64,000 nucleotides of DNA, from contig CALJDK010000041.1 of assembly GCA_938023735.1 (NCBI GenBank), positions 53 through 64,052 of the forward strand, read 5' to 3'. The position numbers and the translations under genes were made by a program. The notes below the pieces were generated by a model. That model had not been told where the DNA came from and searched no databases. It saw nothing but the letters and a program-made list of their open reading frames with translations. Positions 50,857 through 59,205 of this stretch are shown here, one piece after another. This DNA is from an uncultured Acidimicrobiales bacterium. Its GTDB lineage: Bacteria > Actinomycetota > Acidimicrobiia > Acidimicrobiales > SHLQ01. Each line of letters starts with the position of its first letter. The first letter of the stretch is position 1.

Positions 50857-53418
50857 GTGACCGACTCGCCGCCCACCCAAACACTCCCGCCGCTCGTTCG
50901 GCGACTGCCACCGGCGCCCGACCCCGACGCCATGCTCGATGCGTTCTTCGAGCATGCAATCGATCAGGGCATCGAGCTGTATCCGGCTCAGGAAGAGGCT
51001 GTGTTCGAGCTGGTTTCGGGTAACAACGTCATCCTCAACACACCAACCGGTTCGGGAAAGTCTCTGGTAGCGGTGGCCGCCCACTTCGTGGCACTAGCCG
51101 GCGATCGACGGTCGTTCTACACCGCCCCGATCAAAGCGTTAGTAAGCGAGAAGTTCTTTGCGCTCGTGCGAGAGTTTGGGCCCGAACGCGTCGGCATGAT
51201 CACCGGCGACGCATCGGTCAACGCCGATGCTCCCATCATTGCCTGCACCGCCGAGATCGTGGCCAATCTGGCGCTTCGCGATGGCGCCGAGGCCGATATC
51301 GATCTGGTCATCATGGACGAGTTCCACTACTACTCCGACCCACAACGCGGCTGGGCGTGGCAGGTTCCGCTGCTCGAACTCCCCCAAGCGCAGTTCTTGT
51401 TGATGTCGGCCACCTTGGGCGCAACCGACCACTTCGAAGCCGAGCTCACCGAACGGACCGGGCGCGATACAACGCTGGTGCAGTCGAGCGTTCGGCCCGT
51501 GCCCCTCACCTTCGAATACCGCGACACCACGCTGCACGACTCGATCGAAGAGCTCATCGAGTCGGGGCGCGCTCCGGTGTATGTGGTGCACTTCACGCAG
51601 CGGGAAGCAACCGAGGCCGCGCAGGCGTTTACCAGTATCGATGTGCTCACCAAGGACGAAAAGCGCCAGGTGGCCGAACTCATCGGGGGGTTCCGGTTCG
51701 ACTCGCCGATTGGCAAAGACCTCAAGCGGTTCCTGACGCACGGCATCGGTGTGCACCACGCCGGACTCCTTCCGAAGTACCGCCTGCTGGTCGAAAAGCT
51801 GGCGCAGGCCGGCCTCCTGAAACTCATCAGCGGCACCGACACGCTGGGTGTCGGGGTGAACGTGCCGATCCGGTCGGTGCTGTTCACCCAGCTCTGCAAG
51901 TACGACGGTCAACGCACCCGCGTATTGTCGGTGCGCGAGTTTCAACAGATCGCCGGCCGCGCCGGACGCAAAGGGTTCGATACCGAAGGCCATGTTTGGG
52001 TGCAGGCCCCAGCGCACGTGGTCGAGAACCTGCGGGCGTTGGAGAAGTCCGAGAACGACCCTAAAAAGAAGAAGAAGCTCGTAAAGAAGAAGCCGCCCGA
52101 GCGCGGCTACTCGCATTGGGACGAGGCCACCTTCACCAAGCTCAGCACCGGCGACCCCGAAGAGCTCACGTCGAGCTTCGACGTGAGCCATGGCATGTTG
52201 CTCAACGTGCTCGACCGTCCCGGCGATGGCTGCGGCGCCATGAAGACCATCCTGCTCGACAACCACGAGACTCAACGCCGCCAACGCCGCCACATCAAGC
52301 GGGCCATCGGCATCTACCGGTCGCTGCTCGACGCCGACGTCATCGAACGACTCGACGCGCCCGACGACCTTGGACGCCAGGTTCGGGTAACCATCGACCT
52401 GCAAAACAACTTTGCCCTCAACCAGCCGCTTTCGCTCTTTGCCGTCGAAGCGATCGAGTCGCTCGACCCCGAGGCCGATGGGTATGCGCTCGATGTGTTG
52501 AGCGTGCTCGAGTCGGTGCTCGAGAACCCCGGCGTCATCGTTGCGGCGCAGCTCGATCTGCTTCGAAGCGAGACGATCGGTCGGCTGAAATCCGAAGGGA
52601 TGGAGTACGACCAACGGATGGAGGAGCTCGACAAACTCGAAGCTCCCAAACCGCTCGGCGAATTCTTGTTTCCCGCCTTCGACATCTTCCAAAGCCATCA
52701 TCCATGGGTCGGCGGCGACACGATTCGCCCGAAGGCGGTAGCTCGCGATCTCTACGAGCGGGCGATGACCTTCTCGGAGTTTGTGAACCACTACAAGCTC
52801 AAGCGGAGCGAAGGTGTGGTGCTGCGGTACTTCTCGGACTGTTTCAAGGCCCTGGTGCAGAACGTTCCAGAGGACGCAAAAACCGAGGAGCTCTACGACC
52901 TCACTGAATGGTTGGGAGCCTTGGTTCGTCAGGTCGACTCAAGCTTGATCGACGAGTGGGAGAAGATGCGGAACCCCGAACCCGACGGCTCAGATACCTC
53001 TGGCACCTCGAACAACGCCAACGACGAGTCGGCCGATGACGCCCCACCCGATATCACCCGCAACGAGCGAGCGTTCGCCGTAATGGTTCGCAACGAGGCG
53101 TTCCGTTGGGTCGATCTGCTGAGCCGCAAGCGGGCCCACGACCTGGCCGAGTTTGCCCCCAACCTCAGCCCCGAAGACATCAAAGCCGACATGGCTCCCT
53201 ACTGGGAAAGCTTCGACGAGATCCGCACCGGCGCCGACGCCAGAGCCCGAGAGCTGTTCTTGTACGAGCGCGACTCCGGCCGGGTGCGTCAGATCCTCGC
53301 CGACCCCGAGGAGTTCCACGAATGGCATGTGCTTGGCCATGTCGATCTCGATGAGTCGCGAGAGCAGGGCCGGGCCGTGGTCTTCGTTGACCAGATCGTC
53401 TCAGCGCAGAACGCCTGA
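50857..53418 (+). CDS. Ski2-like DEAD/DEAH-box helicase with C-terminal DUF3516-like region
   Basis: Motif I TPTGSGKSLVA, motif II MDEFHY, SATL, VHHAGL and QIAGRAGRKG. A long C-terminal extension follows. GTG start. Confidence 0.85.
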   Translation: MTDSPPTQTLPPLVRRLPPAPDPDAMLDAFFEHAIDQGIELYPAQEEAVFELVSGNNVILNTPTGSGKSLVAVAAHFVALAGDRRSFYTAPIKALVSEKFFALVREFGPERVGMITGDASVNADAPIIACTAEIVANLALRDGAEADIDLVIMDEFHYYSDPQRGWAWQVPLLELPQAQFLLMSATLGATDHFEAELTERTGRDTTLVQSSVRPVPLTFEYRDTTLHDSIEELIESGRAPVYVVHFTQREATEAAQAFTSIDVLTKDEKRQVAELIGGFRFDSPIGKDLKRFLTHGIGVHHAGLLPKYRLLVEKLAQAGLLKLISGTDTLGVGVNVPIRSVLFTQLCKYDGQRTRVLSVREFQQIAGRAGRKGFDTEGHVWVQAPAHVVENLRALEKSENDPKKKKKLVKKKPPERGYSHWDEATFTKLSTGDPEELTSSFDVSHGMLLNVLDRPGDGCGAMKTILLDNHETQRRQRRHIKRAIGIYRSLLDADVIERLDAPDDLGRQVRVTIDLQNNFALNQPLSLFAVEAIESLDPEADGYALDVLSVLESVLENPGVIVAAQLDLLRSETIGRLKSEGMEYDQRMEELDKLEAPKPLGEFLFPAFDIFQSHHPWVGGDTIRPKAVARDLYERAMTFSEFVNHYKLKRSEGVVLRYFSDCFKALVQNVPEDAKTEELYDLTEWLGALVRQVDSSLIDEWEKMRNPEPDGSDTSGTSNNANDESADDAPPDITRNERAFAVMVRNEAFRWVDLLSRKRAHDLAEFAPNLSPEDIKADMAPYWESFDEIRTGADARARELFLYERDSGRVRQILADPEEFHEWHVLGHVDLDESREQGRAVVFVDQIVSAQNA

Positions 53419-53484
53419 CCGTCAGGTAGCAGGCCCTGCTGCCCTACTGCCCTGCTGCTCACCCCGCTCTACTGCCCTATTGCC

Positions 53485-54789
53485 CTACTGCTCTACTGCT
53501 AGTGCCAACCGGCCGACCGCGTCGTCAACGACGCTTCGAGGGCAGGCGAGGTTGAGGCGCACATAGCCGTCGGCGTTGGCACTGAACATGTTGGCACCTT
53601 CGAGAAGCAGGCCCGTCGTTTCGGCCACATGGCGGCTGATAGAGCTCTCGGCGCCGAAGTAGTTCGAGAGATTCACCCAGGCCAGATACGTAGCCTGGGG
53701 AATCTCAAACCGGGCCTCGGGAAGTTCGTCGGCCAACCGTCGGTGCAGCAGAGCAAAGTTTGCATCCAGATACGTGCGCAGCTGATCGAGCCACGCCTGA
53801 CCGTCACGAAACACCGCAGTGGTGGCGGCAAGGCTTACCGGATTCACCAGCGACGACACGCAATCGTCCCATCGTTGGCGGTACTGATCGTTGGGAATGA
53901 TGACATGGGCCAAGCCCAGACCAGCCAGGTTGAAGGTTTTACTCGCCGACATGCAGGTGATGATCTGATCGGAGTCGGGCAACAACTTGGACAGCGGCGT
54001 ATGGCTGACCCCCACCCGCTGAAGGTCGCAGTGGATTTCGTCGGACACCACCACCACATCGTTGGCGAAACAGAGTTCGGCCATTCGAGTCAGCTCGTCG
54101 TTGGTCCACACCCGGCCCGACGGGTTGTGCGGGTGACACAGCAGAAACATGCGCATCTGCGGGTCGGCGACTTTGGCAGCAAAGTCGTCAAAATCGATGG
54201 CATAGCCGGTGTCCCCTGGGCCAGGGAATAGATCCTCGAGGTCCGACATCACCAGTTCGCGGCCGTGTCGGTTGCAGGCTTTCTCGAATTGTCCGTACGC
54301 AGGGGTCAACGTGAGAACCTTCTGCCCGGGTTCGACAATCTGCTCGATGAGGTCGCGGATTGCCTGCACGACTCCGCGTGATGTGACGATGTGCTCCGAT
54401 TGCGGCGCCCAGCCGTAGTGATGCTCACACCATGTACCAAGGGCGTCGAAGAGGTGGTCGTCGAGCACGCCGGTATACCCAAAGACCGGACGCTCGATCC
54501 GCTCGGCCATGGCCTTGGTAGCCACCGGCGGCGCCGCGAACGCCATATCGGCCACCCACATCGAAAGCGTCTCATCATCGGCGCACGGCAGCTCTACCAT
54601 CGGCCCGTCGTCGCCGAAGAGGGACTTCCGAAAGCCCTCCTGGGCCATCGAGTTGATGCCGCGGCGATCGAGAACTTCATCAAAGTCGACTTCCACGCTG
54701 CGCTCCCCCTCTTTCAAAACTCGCGGCCACTCTAGAGCCCAACGCCGCTGGACTATTGTTTCGCCAATGACCAGCGGGGCATTCACCAA
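53485..54789 (-). CDS. PLP-dependent class I/II aminotransferase, MalY/PatB cystathionine beta-lyase-like
   Basis: FDEVLDRRG.NS, P.FGYT, LLCHPHNPSGRVW and the PLP-Lys region SASKTFNLAG. Confidence 0.85.
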   Translation of the reverse strand: MVNAPLVIGETIVQRRWALEWPRVLKEGERSVEVDFDEVLDRRGINSMAQEGFRKSLFGDDGPMVELPCADDETLSMWVADMAFAAPPVATKAMAERIERPVFGYTGVLDDHLFDALGTWCEHHYGWAPQSEHIVTSRGVVQAIRDLIEQIVEPGQKVLTLTPAYGQFEKACNRHGRELVMSDLEDLFPGPGDTGYAIDFDDFAAKVADPQMRMFLLCHPHNPSGRVWTNDELTRMAELCFANDVVVVSDEIHCDLQRVGVSHTPLSKLLPDSDQIITCMSASKTFNLAGLGLAHVIIPNDQYRQRWDDCVSSLVNPVSLAATTAVFRDGQAWLDQLRTYLDANFALLHRRLADELPEARFEIPQATYLAWVNLSNYFGAESSISRHVAETTGLLLEGANMFSANADGYVRLNLACPRSVVDDAVGRLALAVEQ

Positions 54790-55303
54790 CCAATCGGTTC
54801 CACTGACCGGCGCGCCACAACTTACCGATGGCGACTTTCAGCCGCTCGAGCGCAAGCTCCTCACGCTCCGGTTGGTGCTTCTCGCGATTCCCGTCGGCAT
54901 AGCTGTTCTCGCTGGGCTTGTCGTTACGGTGCTCATCGACGACCCCCGCTGGCTTGGGTTGCTCGTCATCCTTGCTGTCCTCATCATTGCCGCGATCCTT
55001 TTCACCGCAACACGCCTCAGCTTCTCGTTTTGGGGATATGCCGTGCGGGAACACGACCTCACGGTTCGCAAAGGTGTTCTTATCCGCACCGCAACCACCG
55101 TGCCGTTCAACCGGGTGCAACATGCCTCGGTACACAGTGGCCCGCTCGAACGTTTCATGGGCCTGGCCACGATCCGGGTGTTTACCGCCGGAGGCGCCGG
55201 CGCCGACCTCTCTATCGAGGGCCTTACCACCAACGCAGCGGGCGTTTTGAAAGACCAGATTCTGGCTCGAGTCGCAACCACCGGCCCTAGCTCGGTCCTC
55301 TAG
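54767..55303 (+). CDS. YdbS-like bacterial PH (bPH2/DUF304) membrane protein
   Basis: Two TM helices, then Y.V....L.VR.G.L.R....VPF.RVQH......PL.R..GLA....FTAGG. The longest ORF (54509) overlaps the antisense aminotransferase. Confidence 0.7.
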   Translation: MTSGAFTNQSVPLTGAPQLTDGDFQPLERKLLTLRLVLLAIPVGIAVLAGLVVTVLIDDPRWLGLLVILAVLIIAAILFTATRLSFSFWGYAVREHDLTVRKGVLIRTATTVPFNRVQHASVHSGPLERFMGLATIRVFTAGGAGADLSIEGLTTNAAGVLKDQILARVATTGPSSVL

Positions 55304-55309
55304 CCGCCC

Positions 55310-56869
55310 GTGGAACCCGGACCTCCGCAGACTCGCGTCGATTCGCTCGGCACACCGCAGCGGCAATCTCCCATCGCCATCGTCGCCGATATCTTCAATG
55401 TGCAGGCGCTTCAAGGCTTGATTCCGATTGTGGTGTTGGGGTTCGGCAATCGACGCCTGCTTGGCCTCGTGCTGTTGCCCATTGGACTGCTCGTGCTCGT
55501 TGGCTTCTCGGCACTGTCGTGGAGCCGCACCAGATTCTGGGTCGAGAACGGTGAGATGGTTTTGGAAAAAGGCATTCTCAACAAGAGCCGCACCCAAATT
55601 CCACTCGACCGGATTCAGCAGATCGGTACCGAGCAGGGAATCATCCAACAGCTCTTTAACGTGCGGCGTGTTTCGGTGGATTCGGCTGGCACGGCAGCCT
55701 CGGAGTTTGCACTCCCCGCGGTTACCGACAGCGTTGTGGCCGAGCTTCGAGCCCGAATCGTTGGCGTCGACAAGGCCGGTTCGGCGCCCGCTCCCGTTGG
55801 TTCTGCGGGCACTCCCCCGCTCGACCCGATGGGACAGCCCGGCGGCACGGTCGCCCCTCCAACCGGTGTCGGCGTGTCGACTCCTCACGAAGACCGCCGA
55901 ACCATGGTGCTGCGACATGAGTTTTCCGATCTGGTTCAACTGGCAGTCTCACGGCCCAGCCCGCAGGCGATCTTCGGACTCCTGGCCCTCGGTGGTTTGG
56001 GTCTTGGCGGAGCGATCGAACGGTTCCTCACCGAGAACATCACCGGGATTGTCGGAGCCGTCATCGTCGCCGCATTCGTCTTGGTGCTGAGCGTCGTCGT
56101 ACTCCTCGTAAGCACGATGATTCGAGAATTTCAGCTGACGGTTTGGCGAAGTCAGGAAGGTCTGCGGCTTACCGCCGGACTCTTCAACAAGCGGGAGCGC
56201 CTTGCCCGAACCGAGCGGGTGCAGTTTGTTCGGCAGCGCCGCAACCCCATCGAGCGGTTCTTCCACCGCACCTCCATCTACCTCCCCCAGGCTGCGGCTA
56301 CCCAGGTGGAAATCGGCACCGCAATCGGGCAGTTCTCTATTCCCGGAGCTCCCGACGAGAAGGCTCGCGACATCGCCGAGTTGTTCCTTTCCCCGCATCG
56401 ACCCGAAGCCACCAACCCCATCGACGCCCGCATCATCAACCGCAAGACGCTGCTCGAAGGTGTTCTTCCGGCCGCACTTCTCGCTCTGATAGCCCTGGTC
56501 GTCTGGCAACTCGAGGACGCCAGCAACTGGTTCGTGGTTCCGCTGCTCATCGGATCGCTGTATTTGCTGGTGCAGACCCGGATATCTGCGGTGCTGTATC
56601 ACCGGCGTTGGGGGTGGAACATCGATGACGAACACGTCGTGCTCCAACACGGCTTTGTCACCGTCGAACGCACCGAGGCCGCAGTGCGAAAGGTGCAGTC
56701 GGTGCGGATCCGCCAGGGAATCTGGCAACGACGCAAAGGCCTCGCGACCTTGCAGCTGGGCACCGCTGGCGGGTCGTTCACCATTCCCCATATCTCGCTC
56801 GACACCGCCCACCAGCTCCGCGACCGAATTCTTGTCCGCGTCGAGACCGACATCGGCGCGTGGATGTAG
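55310..56869 (+). CDS. YdbT-like protein with three bPH domains
   Basis: Three repeats of a TM pair plus a ...G.L.....IP..RIQ.V......Q...G...L pattern. It is the typical partner of the YdbS-like gene. Non-ATG start. Confidence 0.7.
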   Translation: MEPGPPQTRVDSLGTPQRQSPIAIVADIFNVQALQGLIPIVVLGFGNRRLLGLVLLPIGLLVLVGFSALSWSRTRFWVENGEMVLEKGILNKSRTQIPLDRIQQIGTEQGIIQQLFNVRRVSVDSAGTAASEFALPAVTDSVVAELRARIVGVDKAGSAPAPVGSAGTPPLDPMGQPGGTVAPPTGVGVSTPHEDRRTMVLRHEFSDLVQLAVSRPSPQAIFGLLALGGLGLGGAIERFLTENITGIVGAVIVAAFVLVLSVVVLLVSTMIREFQLTVWRSQEGLRLTAGLFNKRERLARTERVQFVRQRRNPIERFFHRTSIYLPQAAATQVEIGTAIGQFSIPGAPDEKARDIAELFLSPHRPEATNPIDARIINRKTLLEGVLPAALLALIALVVWQLEDASNWFVVPLLIGSLYLLVQTRISAVLYHRRWGWNIDDEHVVLQHGFVTVERTEAAVRKVQSVRIRQGIWQRRKGLATLQLGTAGGSFTIPHISLDTAHQLRDRILVRVETDIGAWM

Positions 56870-56882
56870 CAGACTCTCAGGC

Positions 56883-57911
56883 GTGATCGATCTACGTTCC
56901 GACACTGTTTCCCAGCCCACCGACGCGATGCGGGAAGCCATCGCAACCGCAGCGGTCGGCGACGACGTCTACGGCGACGACCCAACCGTCAACGAACTCG
57001 AAGCATTCGCCGCCGACCTTCTCGGTAAAGACGCAGCGATGTTTGTTCCCACCGGAACCCAAAGCAATCTGTGCGGGTTGATGGCCCATTGCCAGCGCGG
57101 CGACGAGTACATCGTCGGCGACCACGCCCACACCTACTCCTATGAGGCCGGTGGTGCGGCGGTGCTGGGTAGCATCCAACCGCAACCGGTTCGAATGCTC
57201 GACTCTGGCATGATCGATCTCGACCATGTGCGAAGCGTGGTCAAGGCCAATGATCATCACTTTGCACGGAGTCGCCTTCTCTGTGTCGAAAACACCACCG
57301 ATGGCAAAGCCATACCGCTCGTCCAACTCGAAGCGGGGGCGGCTGTTGCTGACGAGTACAACCTTGCGTATCACCTCGATGGCGCACGGCTATTCAATGC
57401 TGTTGTCGAACTCGACACCACGGTGGCCACGCTGGCCGCACCGTTCAACTCCATCTCGATCTGTCTTTCGAAAGGACTCGGTGCCCCGGTGGGGTCGATC
57501 CTGGTCGGCGACGAAGCTGTCGTGGCCGAAGCGCGTAAGTGGCGGAAGATGCTGGGCGGAGGTTGGCGCCAGGCCGGCCTGCTTGCAGCCGCCGGGCGTT
57601 TTGCGTTGGAAAACAACGTCGATCGACTCGCCGATGACCACGTCAATGCCCAGCGGCTGGCCGATGGCCTGGCCGAGATCGATGGTGTCGACGTGCAGGC
57701 CCGCAACACCAACATGGTGTTTGCAAACTTTTCCGCAGCCATCGCCGCCTCGCCACTGGCATCCGCAGCGGCCTTCGGCGAGGCCATGAAGGATCACAGC
57801 GTCATCATGAGCGCCCAAGAGTCCACCACTCGATTGGTAACTCACATTGGGATCGCTGAAAATGACGTCGATACGGTCGTGGCCGCGGTCCGTTCCTGTC
57901 TAGCGAGTTGA
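56883..57911 (+). CDS. ltaE: low-specificity L-threonine aldolase
   Basis: IDLRSDTVSQPT..MR.A......GDDVYGDDPTVNELE and TGTQSNL, with the PLP-Lys region SICLSKGLGAPVGS. GTG at 56883 gives a protein of about 342 aa. The longest ORF (56625) overlaps the ydbT-like gene. Confidence 0.85.
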   Translation: MIDLRSDTVSQPTDAMREAIATAAVGDDVYGDDPTVNELEAFAADLLGKDAAMFVPTGTQSNLCGLMAHCQRGDEYIVGDHAHTYSYEAGGAAVLGSIQPQPVRMLDSGMIDLDHVRSVVKANDHHFARSRLLCVENTTDGKAIPLVQLEAGAAVADEYNLAYHLDGARLFNAVVELDTTVATLAAPFNSISICLSKGLGAPVGSILVGDEAVVAEARKWRKMLGGGWRQAGLLAAAGRFALENNVDRLADDHVNAQRLADGLAEIDGVDVQARNTNMVFANFSAAIAASPLASAAAFGEAMKDHSVIMSAQESTTRLVTHIGIAENDVDTVVAAVRSCLAS

Positions 57912-59167
57912 GTCCTGAACCTGTGTCTTCCGATAGTCCCCCTCCCCTTCTCGACGGTGTTCGCATCATCGATTTCTCGATCCTTGGCCCGGGCTTACTG
58001 AGCACGTTTTTCTCCGACCTCGGCGCCGATGTCATCAAGGTCGAACCACCGGCCGGCGACTACGTGCGCCAGATGACCTGGCCGATCGTCGAGGGTGTTT
58101 CGCTGCTGCACCTTCACACCCATCGCAACAAACGCAGCATCACCATTGACCTAAAGAATCCCGAGGGCATGGGAATCTTCGAAGATCTCATCGCCGGCGC
58201 CGACGCGGTGATCGAGGGCATGCGGCCCGGAGCTCTGGCCCGCATGGGCCTCACCTGGGAGCGCCTCACCGAACTCAACCCGCAAATCGTGTTCTGCGGG
58301 ATCAGCGGCTACGGGGCAACCGGCCCCTACCGCGACATGCCGAGCCATGGCATTGCCTATGACACCTGGGCCGGGCTTATTCCGCCCGAGGTCGACGACG
58401 ACGGCTTTACGCGAATTCCCTCGTTTCCCAACGTAGGAATCAACGTTGGTCCGATGCTTGGCGCCTTTGGTTTGCTGGCAGGTATCACCCGGGCTCGAGC
58501 CACTGGCATCGGCTCGCAAATGGAAATCGCGCAGAGCGACGCCGCTGCATACATGAACTGGTACGTCATCGAAACCAACCTTGCGTATCGACGCCCCGAG
58601 ACCGAAGTAACCGGCAACGCCGCCGACAACTACGAGCGTCGACCGCCTGGTCTTGCCGGCATGTACGAGGGCGTTCGCTACCAGATCTATGAATCGTCCG
58701 ACGGCCATGTGCTCTTTATGGCGAGCGAGCAGGCGTTCTGGAAGAACTTCTGCGAAGCGGTCGATCGCAACGACCTGTTCGAGAAGTTCCCCGGCTCAAA
58801 GTACGCCGATCATGCCCGGGGCAACACCGAGATCCAGACCGAGCTTCGCGACATCTTCCGCACGAAAACCACCGACGAGTGGCTGCAGTTCTCTATCGAT
58901 GTCAACACCCCCATCGCCCCGGTGTATGACGGAAAGTCGATGTCGGACGACCCCCAGTTCAAGCACCGGTTCCCGCTGTATCCTGTCGAGCAGCTGGGGT
59001 CCGAGCAGATGCCGCTACCCCTGAAGTTGGTGGGCGAGGAGTTACCCGAACCCACCAAGGCACCGACCGCGGGCCAACACAACGACGAAGTCCTCCGCGA
59101 CGTTCTCGGCTACGACGACGAAAAGGTAGAAGCGCTCAAGAACGCCAACGCCCTCGGCGAAAAGTAG
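57908..59167 (+). CDS. family III CoA-transferase (CaiB/BaiF-like)
   Basis: LLDGVRIIDFS.LGPG...T..F.DLGADVIKVEPP.GD. A TTGA overlap with ltaE suggests coupling. An alternative GTG start is at 57923. Confidence 0.85.
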   Translation: MSPEPVSSDSPPPLLDGVRIIDFSILGPGLLSTFFSDLGADVIKVEPPAGDYVRQMTWPIVEGVSLLHLHTHRNKRSITIDLKNPEGMGIFEDLIAGADAVIEGMRPGALARMGLTWERLTELNPQIVFCGISGYGATGPYRDMPSHGIAYDTWAGLIPPEVDDDGFTRIPSFPNVGINVGPMLGAFGLLAGITRARATGIGSQMEIAQSDAAAYMNWYVIETNLAYRRPETEVTGNAADNYERRPPGLAGMYEGVRYQIYESSDGHVLFMASEQAFWKNFCEAVDRNDLFEKFPGSKYADHARGNTEIQTELRDIFRTKTTDEWLQFSIDVNTPIAPVYDGKSMSDDPQFKHRFPLYPVEQLGSEQMPLPLKLVGEELPEPTKAPTAGQHNDEVLRDVLGYDDEKVEALKNANALGEK

Positions 59168-59205
59168 TCTCACACGGTCCCAAGGGGCGTCTTACTTTTT
59201 GAGGC

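Noticed and set aside
51139-52791. 550-aa minus-strand ORF
   Set aside because: It is antisense to the helicase gene, whose motifs I-VI are clear. It has no recognisable motifs and a shadow-frame composition.
53419-53484. Short imperfect CTACTGCC/CTATTGCC repeats between the helicase and aminotransferase genes
   Set aside because: There are only a few degenerate copies in a 66-bp convergent spacer. It is most simply a weak terminator region (AGCAGG-CC-CCTGCT hairpin).
56625-56882. Upstream part of the 428-aa threonine aldolase ORF
   Set aside because: It overlaps the ydbT-like 3' end. LtaE homology starts at IDLRSDT, with an in-frame GTG at 56883.
54680-56941. Two long minus-strand ORFs (54680-55939 and 55949-56941)
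   Set aside because: They are antisense to the ydbS/ydbT-like genes. They are Arg/Gly-rich and have no motifs.
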